From positions 5,270,001 through 5,334,000 of the forward strand of contig CM035357.1 of the NCBI GenBank assembly GCA_020137815.1: 64,000 nt of DNA. Reading direction: 5' to 3'. Every line of letters starts with the position of its first letter. Position 1 is the first letter of the stretch. This DNA comes from Hormiphora californensis. Its lineage: Eukaryota > Animalia > Ctenophora. Under the pieces are notes generated by a model that saw only the letters and a list, made by a program, of their open reading frames with translations, had not been told where the DNA came from and ran no database searches. A program made the translations under genes and the position numbers. Below, piece by piece: positions 1 to 46,900 of this stretch.

Positions 1-2059
1 TCTCTTTTTATTCCACCAATATTTATGCGTGGTATAATATGTCTGTAGGTTTGTGTTTGTCTGTGTGTTGATTTTGTTTTTGTTGACATATCGATTCATA
101 ACAAGGTTACATTCAGGCTACAGGGGTATTAAAACTGATTCCCATTTATTACCGGGGAGTGGGTACAATTATGAAAAATATATCCCCATAAGCCTTGACA
201 TGAGCTAAATTGATGTTAATAATTTCCATCCACCCCGCCCACCCCTCCCCTTAACAAGCGAAGAGGGGGAACACTATTATCACCTTCCCCACATGCACAA
301 TATCAGGTACATGTAGCACATATTGTGTAGTGTGTACGTGGTGTGTGGTACGTGATCCGGGACATGTTAATTATAATAGGACATGTCACATTTATAATGT
401 AACAATTGCATACGCGGTTTAATCTTTTTATTCGCTGAAAAGATGAAAGGGAACAGAAAATAGATAAACGCTGCTCGTACCCTGTTTTAAACAAGAATTG
501 AGAGAAAAGGAAAGAAGTAATCAGAGCTTGTCAAAGAATGATTTAGAAGATTCTAAACCTAAAAGAAATGGTAGAAGTGTGTTACACAGTAGAAAGTGAT
601 AGCATATATACATATTATATCCATATTATGTAACTGATAGGAGTTGGATTAACGTCACTTTTATCATACCACTCGCTTTCTCATATAATATTCACATAAT
701 TCACTCTGTAAAATTTGATGGAAAATAAGGGGTGTTACGACACTTTTTCACTGCCATTTGTTCTAACGTTGCTCGAGAGGCCCCTCTGACCTCGCAATAT
801 TGAAATTTGTTTACATTTGAGAGAGTATCACACATTACATAGTGTGAGGGAAAAGTGTGTGTGTGTATTCTCGACCCTGTGGAAGGAAACTGGGGGGCCC
901 CCAAAAACCACCTTATTTAACAAAAAAACCCTTTCCCAACCGGAAAATTTTTTGGGGTTTTCCAAAGGCAGTTTTTGCCAAAAAACAAATTTCTTTTTTT
1001 CGTCTTTTTGTTCCCGATTTTCAGTTTTTTGGGTTTTTAATTTTACTTTTTCTCCTTTGATTTGGTTTTGGGGGTTTTTGGGGTTTTCCCCCCTTTTATG
1101 GGTTTCCCCGTTTTGAAAGGTTTAAAATTTCCAATTTTCCCTTAGGGGGTTTTTGTTTTTTGTAAAGGGATTTTTTAAAAGAGGGTTTTTTGGGTTCCCC
1201 TTTTAATTTTCCCCCCTTCCTTAGTTGTTTTTTTTATTTCAAAATTCCATTTTTTTCTTTTTTGGGTTTTTATAGCAGGGGTGTAGGGGTTTTTATTTTG
1301 GGGTAAAGGGGTTTTCCATTTTTTCTTTTTTTTTTCAAATTTTTTCCAACCTTATCCTCCGGGAAAAATTTTTACAAAATGTTCTTTTATTTGCTAATTT
1401 TTCCTTTTTCCTTCAGTTTTTGCCTTTTACTTCTCTTTATCCCCGGGTGGGGGGCTTAACCTTTCCAGCCCCCCCCCTCGCAACCTTTTTTTCCCTTTTT
1501 CGGGAAATTTTTGGGTTAACCCGGGTTTGACTTCCCCCCACCCCTTTTTTGGTTTTTCCCCCCCCTTCAACTTTTCCCTTCGCCTTCCCAGTCGCCCGGG
1601 GGTCTCCTTTGCTTCTCTTTTCTCCCCCCAATCCGTCCCATTTCCAAACTTCCGACTGGGGATTGCCCTTCCTCTTCCCTCGGTCTCCTTTTTTTCCCAA
1701 CCTTGTTTTTTTCTTGCCCCCCTCCTTTTTTGGTTTTCTCCCCCCCCCCCAAAATCACTCCCCCCCTCCCTTCTTCTCTTTTTCCTTCTCTTTTCCCCTC
1801 TCTTCTCTCTCTCTCTCTTCCCCTCTTTTCCCCTCTCCCCCCCCTTTTCCTTTTCTTCTTCTCTCCTCCCCCGGCTCCCCTATCTCTTTCAGCCCTCTCG
1901 CCCCGGTCTCCTTTTCTCTCCCCCTATTCTCCTCTCTTTCCCCTCTCGCCTCTCTTTTCTTCTCCTTTTAAAAATAAAAAATCATCATGTCATTTTTTAT
2001 TTTGGGGTTTGGGGGCGGGGGGAATTTTTTGGGGGAAAAGGGAAATTAAAGGGGGAAAC

Positions 2060-5000
2060 CCACGGGAGGGGATGACCCGTACTGTGGCCACCCCAAAAAT
2101 TTTTTTGTTTAAAAAAACCAAAATGCAGTCAGTTTCACAAAAAACCCTTTGCGGTTCACCACGCCCCTTTAAATCATTACCCCCTTTGCAAAACCAAGTT
2201 TTGGGCCTTCCCTTTGGCGAAAAGAGTCAAACCAATAAATTCCCTTCGGGCCCCTTTTGTTGGGGGAAGGTTGGGCGGAGGTTTCTTCTAGTTTTCCTCC
2301 CTTTGGGGGGTTTTTTTATTTGTTGGGGGGTTATTTGGGGTTTTTGGAGGGGTTTTTTTTTTTTTTTTTTTCCGGGGGTTTGGCTTCAGATTCTTGGTGG
2401 GGCTCTTTTAAACCCCTTCCCTTTATCTGGGCCAAAGATTTCAGTTTCATGGTCGCCTCCCGGGGTTTTAAAATGCTGGGGGTTTTTTAAACCCCTGGCG
2501 CCCGCGGGCAATAAAAGGGTGGAAAAAAAGAGGTACAAACCCCGAAAATTCTCTCACTTAGGAGAAGGGAGTATGGGTACCTTTTATAGGTACATGAGTG
2601 GGGTTGAGGGACTTTCACCTGGAGGCAAATTTTCCCGCGGGCCGGGGGAACCAGTGAAATTCGAGCGGTGGGGTAGGTAGACAGGGGGGAAAGGGGGCTT
2701 TTTTTATATAGTGAAGGGGTCCCGTTTAAAATGGTCAGCTAGCTCCCGATGAGGGCCCCAATTGGGGGGGGTTTTTCTTTTTTCCCCCCATCTTGTTCAA
2801 TGAGTATTGCTGTAGTAAAAACCGCCCCCCCTGATCCCCCCAATCAAGCTTTTCCGGAGTTCCCCAGTTTTTGGGGGCCAAACTTAAAAAAGGCCCCGGG
2901 TACCGATTTTTTTCCCTTTAGGGGGGGATTTTAAATTTTTTCCGGAAAATTAAAAGGGGAAAAAAAACCGGTCTTCGGAGGCAGGTCAGAAAGAAATCCC
3001 GGGTTTCACCCGCATCTTTGGATTTTTTGGGAAAAAACCCATTTTCTACAAAGTTTGGGGGGACCCCCCTTAAAAGAGGGCAAAAACATCCCCCCCTTTT
3101 TTCCTTTTTTAAAAAAAAAGGTTTAATCCGGGGGCAATTTTCAGGGGGTAGGTACAAGAGGTCGGCCCAAAAACCTAGTGAATTGGGTTTTCCCTTCCAC
3201 CCATCTCGCCCTAAAACCAGAGACATCGGCAAAAAACTGGAAGGATTCGGAGCTCTTGACTGGCAAAAGGGGGACTACAAATTTCTCCGGAGAAGGGACA
3301 CCGGTTTAAACGGGGAAAAGCTTCCAGTGAGAGCGTTTTCAAGTTTTCCGGGGGTGTTCCCCCAAAGGGAAATTCCCTCCTGTCTCCCGGGGGGTTTTCC
3401 CCCGGAAAATTAAAACCCCCCAAAAGGGGAAACCCAAAAAAACTGCTAAAAAAAGTACGGAAAAAGGAAGCCAAAACTCCGGCACTTTTGGAACCCCTGG
3501 AAGAAAGGGGGCCCAAAGTAGCAGCAGCAGAGGGGGAGGGCACTCCCCCAGGTCTCCCTCGAGACCCAAAGACCTGGAAAACTGCTGGGAAAAGATGCCT
3601 GTGAGCGCGTGCGTACTGAAGATGAAGAAACCCCACGGTTTACTTCTACTCCTTGCAAAATTTTTTGGGAAAAGGGGGAATTTCTAGCTTTCCCCCTGTC
3701 CCCAAAAAGAGGTGGCCCCCTGGTAACTTACCCCCAAAAGATATCGCGGGACGTTTTTAAAAGCGAGTTCGTGGGGTTTTTTCCCAGCGACCCGAAAACC
3801 CGGGAAACCGAGGCCCTTTACCTTAAAAAACCTGAGCTTCAGGGTTTTAGATGAGGGTATTGAGCTCCACGACGAAGATTCTAAAGGGTGTGTAAGGACC
3901 TGGGGGTCTTTTTCCCACCCCCCGGGAAAGGAATCCCCCCCCCGGTTTCCGGGAAAATGTGGCGGAGGTACTGGTGAAAACCTGGGGGAAACTCATGGGC
4001 GGGGACTCACTTGGGACAAAGGGAAAAGGGGGCCGGAGTACTAAAAAATTGGGTCACGTTTTTCCCCCTTTCTACAAAAAAGGGGAAAATCCAGCACCAA
4101 AAAATTTGGGCCTTTACTTTAAACGAGTCAGGGGAATCAAACTTTTTCGAGCGAATTGTCGGGGGCTAATAAGGGGGTTGAACCTTTAAAAAAAAGGGAA
4201 TTTTTTCAAAAAGAAAAAACAGGGTTTTTCGAAAAGGAGTCGTTTTTGCCCCAGCTTTTTTTGGCCACATGACTGGGTTATGAAACCCTTGTGTGGAAAG
4301 GTTGTCGAAACTGTGTCCCCGGGACTTAGCCGAGCTTTCGCCCTTTTGGGGGGACATTGGCTACGCTTGAAAAAAATTGAAGCGGTATGGAGCCCCACTC
4401 TCAAATTGTTAAAAGGGATGGAATCTTTCTCCCAAAGGAAAACCAAAAAGGGTTTTGACGGACCCACAATTGGGGATCGCCCCACATTAGCGGGAAACCC
4501 CGGGGATGTGCTGGCTCCACATCTTTCTGATTTTTAAAAAAATGTCTTGAGGGGGTTTTTAAAGAGTTTAACTAAGTTTTTTTCTGAGGGACCGAGAGCC
4601 CAAGGGAGATACTTCCCTGAAACGACATGGTAAGTTAAAGCAGGATCTGGACCCGAGTGATGCGGGGGCCCTAGGCCCAAATAATAGGCCCAAAAAAATG
4701 AAGAAAAATTTTCTTCTGACCCAAAAACCCAAAAACCAAATTTTCCCAAATGAACCTTTTTCCTATGACGGGATCGGGGTCCACCCCCTTTTGGGGGGGT
4801 TTTTGGAAAAGATTTCCCCATGGGATCATGTAAGGGATCGGGGTTTACCCAAAGTCCCAGTGATTTAAATCCTGGAGCCCGCACCTCGTTTTTTGGGGCC
4901 AAACGAGGAAGAGGCAGGGCAAAAGGGGTTTTTCGGGGTGTTCTCCAGAAAAAACCCAAGCGGGATGATCACTTTAAAAAAATCCTGGTCAGAAGCTTGA

Positions 5001-5602
5001 GGGATTTGGGGCCCCCCTTGGGGACCCCGAAAAACCGTCGGAAATCCAACGCTAGGGGCTGTTCACCCGGGGGTTTTCACAGCGAAAATCTGGGGTAGGG
5101 GAAAGGACCTTACTCTGGCAGGGGCCTAAAAGCCCTTGACTTGATGTCTTTGGAAAAAACGACGGGATGGTAGGCGGGGCTAATTATGCAAAAAGACTTT
5201 TATCGGGAGTTGTACCAAACAACCGGGGGTTTTTGCTTAAACCCTTTTACACCCCGCCAGGGGGGGGTCAAACAGAGTTACCTAAACCTTTCCACGGGGG
5301 GAAGACCCAAAAAAACCTACCCCAAAATTTTAAAAGTTTTTCTTTCGGTTCCATGGGGGCCCTAGATTGGAATTTTCGGACATCTGAGGGAGTTTTGGGA
5401 CCCTATTTTTTTAAAAACTTTAATTTTGGCCCCCCTCCTTCTCCGTGATACCCCCGACCGTCCCCAAAACCCTGGATTCAAGCACCAAACAGAAACTCTT
5501 TGTCTGACTGGTGTGTTGGAGCCAGTTTCAATAAACGGTGGTCCGAGTTCCTGGGATGACCTGACGTATCATGACGAACAACTCAAAAGTATCAAAAGTA
5601 AG

Positions 5603-5604
<2 letters not shown>
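2060..5604 (+). mobile_element. Second RTE-like LINE, unreadable because of homopolymer-garbled consensus
   Basis: Colinear remnants of RTE motifs: VRAFSSF (~3327), NCRG for NYRG (~4154), DLSRAF (~4323), GDVLAPHL (~4502), LLRDT (~5438). Ends in the tail CAAAAGTATCAAAAGTAAGTA followed by (TC)n. The 5' boundary is approximate. Confidence 0.65.
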
Positions 5605-5669
<65 letters not shown>

Positions 5670-6444
5670 GCTATCTCTTTCTCTCTTTCCCTCTCTCCTT
5701 CCTTTTCCCTAACCCCTGTGGCCATTATACTCAAATGCACGAACACAACTACAAACACGAACAACATACGGCGCTCACACCTTTACATTCATGATCCTAA
5801 AAAAGAAGCCTCACGAGCACTGACCTTGCCAGCTTCATCCCTGACCCCTATATACATCTGTGCTGACCGAGCGCATTAAGGTTGGTGCCGCCAAACGCTA
5901 TGCCAAAAAGTTTGTTTGATTTCATACTGCAACTACCTGATGATTAGGTAGAGTACCAGTGATTGGGTGCCCGTACTTGCAGTATACCGGACCTTGACAC
6001 CGGGGTCAAACAAATGGCCGTGAAGTTTAATATCTGTCAAACCATGGCACATACATGGCCAGAATACATGTGTGTACAGGGAGTGACAAATGTTAATGCG
6101 GAGAAGACACGAAAAAAAAAAAAAAAAGGGGTGTTACGTGTGTCATGTTTTAACAAATCGTGTGGGAAAAACAGACAACCATCAACAACAAAAAACTAAC
6201 CCAGCGGCCAGCTATCCCAATGTATTATAACCCCTATTTCCATTCCACCTGTTTAATCTTAAATCCCACGCCCCATCCCCCCAGGCACCCCTGATTCTAA
6301 CTCCCTCTCATTTCCCCCAGGCACCCCAATATCTAACTCCCTCATCACCCCAGGGCCCAGGCACCCCAATATCTAACCCCACATCCCATCCCCGAAGAAA
6401 CCCCCCGAAACCCCAATATATCTAACACCCGCCCCATCCCCCAG

Positions 6445-41122
<34,678 letters not shown>

Positions 41123-41427
41123 GTCTGTGGATATACCGCCCAATTATGAGGCATCTGTGATGTCTATGCAATGAAAAGAGGGGGAGAGAACAGTTTTCTT
41201 CCTCTTTAATTTATTACCAAACAGCTGATGTGTGTGTGTGTTTTCTGTTATTGTTGCTTGTATGTTGTCCCCAGGGGTTTTCCATTGTTTCTAAATATAC
41301 AGAGAAAATATCTTTCCAAAATGGAGAGAGATATGGACAGACAAAAGGGAGAGAGAGAGAGAGAGAGAGAGAGACAGTGAGATTGAATATATTAATGAAC
41401 TACGAACCGTTTTTACTGCACTGTGTA

Positions 41428-41437
41428 AATAAATAAA
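41428..41437 (+). terminator. Candidate polyadenylation signal of WNK
   Basis: AATAAATAAA ~305 nt after the stop codon; a second AATAAA lies near 41604. Confidence 0.5.
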
Positions 41438-42819
41438 TTTATCGACTGACGAAGGCCAGGTAATATCATATTAGAACTTTTTGTATACCATTTTGTTGTG
41501 ATCTTGTTTGCTATTGGGAAAGATATTCAATAGTCGAGCTCTCTAAAACGAGATTAGCTGAGAGAAATTTATGGTTGTATCTGGAATTCTTTTGATCATT
41601 TACAATAAAATATCTTGTTTTGGTATTAGTCAATATCTAGATCTCTGGCTGCTCTTCTAACTCCAAGTGGGATTTATTCTGCTGTTTTTGTATCGGTCTG
41701 ATCCTCTGTGGCTCTGCCAGACCAATGTTCTCGCGAACTGAGAATAGGGTCTGGCCAATGTTCTCGCGAACTGAGAATAGGGTCTGGCCAATGCTCTGAC
41801 AGCTGTGCATGGTGGCTGTAAAATAGATAATATCCAGTGGATACTGGATATTCTGCTTCCACGCTGGTCGACATTTCCACTGCGCCGCGCAGCGATCACG
41901 CGTGAAAAGAGTGCTGATGATTGGGCGCTTTGCATAACGTTAACGCGCGCAAAACTAGCGACACAAACCAAGCGGTGAGAATAAAACGGACCCTTGCATT
42001 TTATTTCCTACACTCACACCCTTCTAAACATGATTAATTCACATGGACCTCTCTCTCACTAAACAAATAAAACTCGGCTGTTTTTTTCTAGAAAGTTAAA
42101 CACGCAAAATCAGTAAAACAGATTACGATAAAGACAGAGAGTGTACAGTGTGAGAATCAAGAAAGTAAGTATATATGTGAAGATATATATATCCACTATC
42201 ACTAAAAGAGAAAAAAGATAGAGATAGTATATTAGTGTGACTGCTGATAAATATCCGGGTATAAAATAAAGGAACTACACACTCAGAAATCAGTGAAATG
42301 TTTGCCCTATCTCGGGACATCAGCTGCTGCTTTGAAAACATATCAGACTCAGATTAATCTTGATGTTACCCACACAGTGTATAATTAGTGGGACAAGATA
42401 TATTCTGAATGTATATTCAGTGTCTATATTGTTAGTCTGTAACTCGCACGTGATTGAAGGGAAATACACCAAATCGGCCGTTAGATTCGCCCTCCCAAAG
42501 ACCGTTCTCGTTCTGTTTCGTTACTTTTATAAAATCTCCAGCCTGAGAGAGGGAGAGTTAAAGACATGGAAAGAGCGAGGGAGGGAGAGGGAGACAGAGG
42601 GAGAGAGTTAGAGAGACAGAGACATGGAGAAATGCGGAAACATATGTAAAGGCGGTGTTGTGTGTGAGAAAAGAGAGCGCTGTTTCAATAATTTTAGAAA
42701 TAATTTAGACGCAACTTTAATGATTTAGGCAAGCAAGAATTCCTGTCTAAAATTAAACATTACAGAGAATTACTGGAATCACTGAACTAGGATGGTAAAC
42801 GGATAATCTCAAAAAGGAA

Positions 42820-42865
<46 letters not shown>

Positions 42866-43239
42866 AGTTGGTCCACCTGCCACCACCTCCAATCGGTTTC
42901 CCCCGGGCAACGGGGTCACACGGAGTACCTTTTTCCCCATCCCCTTTTCCCCCTGTTCGATTTCCAGGTCCGTGTGGCCGCGGCTGAGCGTGGCTGTGTA
43001 TCAGAAATACGGAAAAAAATCAGAAAATACAAAATACAAAAACATCTTGGCAAGGCGGCCCACAGTGTATCAACGCCAACTATTATGTTCCTACCCCGCC
43101 TTCTCCGGCTTAGGGTTACCCGTGGAACAGGCACCTTCCAGCCACCTGTGGACCTCCAATGCCCCTTTATCTACTAACCCGCTAACAAAGGGGTGATGAG
43201 GCGAACCCATTTTCATTTTGTGATAGGTTCTACAGGAGA

Positions 43240-43730
43240 TGATTCTTTGAACGGGGTGGCTGGGGATCCTTGGGGAAAGGGGGGGTTCAGTTGTTTATGG
43301 AGCGGGGTCAGGGTGTCCTACGGATTGGGGTCACTCCTTACTGGAAAGGGGGGTGTCTTATATGGGCGGGGTAAACTGTCTTACTGGAACGGGGGGGTCG
43401 GGTGTCTTCTCGGAACGGGTCAGGCGGTCTTTTTTTGGAGCGGGGTCAGCTGTCTTTAGGACGGGGTCAGCTGGCCTATGGAGGGGGTCAGCTGGGCTTC
43501 TCTGAGCGGGGTGCGGCGTGGGGGTGGCTGTCTTTTCTGGAGCGGGGTGCTGTCTTACTGGAGAGGGTCTGTCTTTACTGGAACGGGGTCGCTTCTTACT
43601 GGAACGGGGTCAGCTGTCTTTCTGGAGCGGGGCGTCTCCTGGAACGGGGGCAGGTCTTACTGGAAGAGGGTCACTGTCCCTTGGGGGGTCTTCCCTCGAC
43701 GGGGAGTTCCCGTACGGGGTCAGCTGGTTC
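43240..43730. repeat. Degenerate ~20-23-bp G-rich minisatellite
   Basis: Recurrent TTACTGGAACGGGGTCAGCTGTC-like units. Confidence 0.7.
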
Positions 43731-43964
43731 TGAGCCCCAATGTCATATGTCCCATCCGGTTTACTCTTAATTATGTAATTACTGACCCTAAAATGGAGTT
43801 AATTGTGTAATTACTGTTACAAATTCAATAAAGTTGTAAGAGACTAAATGATCGTTATTTTTTACATATGTATTAATATGGTTAAGGAATTTTTTTTTAA
43901 ATGGCAATTGCTCCAACGTTCTGAGACACTATCCAATGTTGTGAGACACTAATCCTTGACAAAC

Positions 43965-46900
43965 CTGTTATTTTCACTGACACAAAGCACAAAATCTCCC
44001 TTGCAGGTGCTGCTATCCCGAACTAGATACAATCCTGGTTCTTTCCCTTGTAGCAGCTCATTCGTTACAGCCCTTGAGATCTTCCCAATATACCACCTGG
44101 GTGGGGAGGAAGGGAGGTGGCTAGTAAGGGGTGTCCTGGAGCTGGGAAGAGTTAGTAAATGGTGTCCTGGGAGGAAGGGGGTTAGTAAAGAGTTGATCAA
44201 ATAGGGAGGGGTTAGGGGTTTTGAAATCGTGAGTGGGGAAAATATAGTGAATGGGATCCACACATCTCAATAAATACCGCGTGGGCCAATAAAAAGGGAG
44301 GGTCTTAAATCTTAGATTTCTCCGGCACCTTAGTTCCAGTGGTTCTGAAATTTTGACACAATGTTGTTGAGCTTATGCCAGATATGTGTACAGAGTTTCA
44401 AGTCCAAAAATGAAAAAAATTCATTAATGAACCTAAATGCATGTGTTTAGGCCAATGTAGGTTTTCTCTATTCGGTTTTTTTCGTTTTTAGGGACTTCGT
44501 TTGCACTCCACACCGGATATGTGATACTGGGTACAACAAAGGACATTCGAGAGCTATTGCAATCTTGCTAACATGATTTTGTCACACCCTGATGACGTTT
44601 TTTCTTGCTTACATGGAGGTCACATGACGCTTGTTGTTACCAATCAGTATAGGCAATGGTAAGCTTCCATTAGCAAGGTTTCGATTTAGTAATGTCTCAA
44701 CTAACGGTTAATTTATGAACTATCGGTTTGATGTTAATTTATACAGTTATTAACGAAAAATTAAAAATTTTTAAAAAAATCGGAAATTTAAAAAAAAAAT
44801 TTAAAAAAAATTAAACAGTTTTTCATACCAGAATGAACTTAAGGCCAGAGGGGGGGGTCGACGGGTTTTTTGGGGTGTTTTTTGAGGTATACGTTATATG
44901 AAAGCGCTGGGCAAGGCGGATCGATTAGAACAGACGTCATCGATGTTGTGCGCACCGTTTGGCCAAAATTTGGGGGTTAACATTTGGCCTATAATGGATG
45001 TTAACCCCTATAAATCAGGATTGGTGGGGTCTAGAACATCCATCATTGTACCAAAGGCTTCGTCTTGTCTTGATACAACTTCCTGAAAAGTTTTATGTCG
45101 TTACTCCAACTACTTCTTGATTTTTTGGGGGTTTACAAAATATGCGGAAAAAGCCCTTTTTGCCTCTAATTTTGCTCTTTTTTGGGACATCCTGCCTCAC
45201 TTCCTGAAATAACGGCTAGGACTCAGACCTTGCCGTTTGGCATAGTTGTTCTAGAGACCGTGTTCTTCAAATTTGGTGTAGCGATTTTTGATTAAGGCCC
45301 CCGTTCAAAAATTATAGGGGTTTACATAAAATTTTCATGGACAAAACAAATGTTAACCCCTATAATTTTTGAACGGGGGCCTTAATCAAAAATCGCTACA
45401 CCAAATTTGAAGAACACGGTCTCTAGAACAACTATGCCAAACGGCAAGGTCTGAGTCCTAGCCGTTATTTCAGGAAGTGAGGCAGGATGTCCCAAAAAAG
45501 AGCAAAATTAGAGGCAAAAAGGGCTTTTTCCGCATATTTTGTAAACCCCCAAAAAATCAAGAAGTAGTTGGAGTAACGACATAAAACTTTTCAGGAAGTT
45601 GTATCAAGACAAGACGAAGCCTTTGGTACAATGATGGATGTTCTAGACCCCACCAATCCTGATTTATAGGGGTTAACATCCATTATAGGCCAAATGTTAA
45701 CCCCCAAATTTTGGCCAAACGGTGTGCGCAACATCGATGACGTCTGTTCTAATCGATCCGCCTTGCCCAGCGCTTTCATATAACGTATACCTCAAAAAAC
45801 ACCCCAAAAAATCCGTCGACCCCCCCCTCTGGCCTTAAATGATTAAAGCATAACCCAGCTAGGTTTTAATTTCATCTCTACAGTGCAAATCTCTCATTTT
45901 CAGCGAAAATATGATTTTTGAAAAAATGATCATTTTTAATTCATTAATTTCACCCACTAAACTTTATTCATTTTCAATGAAAATTCAGATTGCCATTGAT
46001 AAATGTAAATACTATTGAGTGGCTGCAATTTTGCGATCCAAATCGACTTGGAACAAGGTAAAACCTTCAATTAACTTTAAAAAAAGGAATTTAGGTTCAT
46101 TAATGAATTTCTGCATTTTTGGACTTGAAACTCTGTACACATATCTGGCATAAGCTCAACAACATTGTGTCAAAATTTCAGAACCATTGGAATTAAGGTG
46201 CCGGAGAAATCTAAGATTTAAGACCCTCCCTTTTTATTGGCCCACGCGGTATAACTATTGAAAGATATGTCTTCCCGTTATATTGAGTTATAGTGAATGG
46301 GGAAAAGAGACAGTGTTATGAAGCCTAGTGGAGGACTCAAAGAGCAAGAGCGACACATCAAATCACATACAAAAGTGAATAGGAACCCATAAGTTAGAAA
46401 CTATTTTACAAGTTTTCTCCCTCTCTCTCTCTCTCTCTAGCCAACGTTAGGTTCCGGAAGAACAAGGGAAGACTCTGGACTTTTCTCTCGGATGGTACTG
46501 GACGGAAAGCTACATTGGATTACATTCTCGTCCGTCGGAAATGGAGAAACAGTATAAAGGATGTGGATACGTCTGAGGCACTAAGCTCGATTGGGTCAGA
46601 CCATCGACTTTTGGTGGCCAGGGTTAAGGTCACTCTCAGGAAGAGGAAATTGGCCCCAGGTCGCCCCAATCTGGACTATAGTGCTCTGAAGAAGGACCCT
46701 GAACTGCAGGAGAGATTCTCGATAGAGGTGCGGAATAGATTTGCTGTCCTTTCACCCACCGAATGTACTGATGCCTCGGAAAGGTATGGGGGTTTGATAC
46801 AGGCGGTGGAGGAAACCAGCAGGAAGCTTCTTGGGAAAAAGAGGAAGAGGATGAAGGACATTGTTGCTGAAGATTTCCGGGTGAAAAGAGCAAGGGAAGC

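Noticed and set aside
817-5448. Many F/G/K/P-rich ORFs (e.g. 325 aa at 1703-2680)
   Set aside because: Translations of homopolymer-garbled sequence; no coherent domain beyond RTE remnants.
43920-43964. VSHNI-like sequence right after the Crk exon as continuation of the SH2 domain
   Set aside because: Would need a 16-nt intron and hits a stop almost immediately.
44898-45779. Paired 62-aa ORFs on opposite strands (also 25668-26312 and 8130-8451)
   Set aside because: Mirror images produced by palindromic MITE arms; no transposase motifs.
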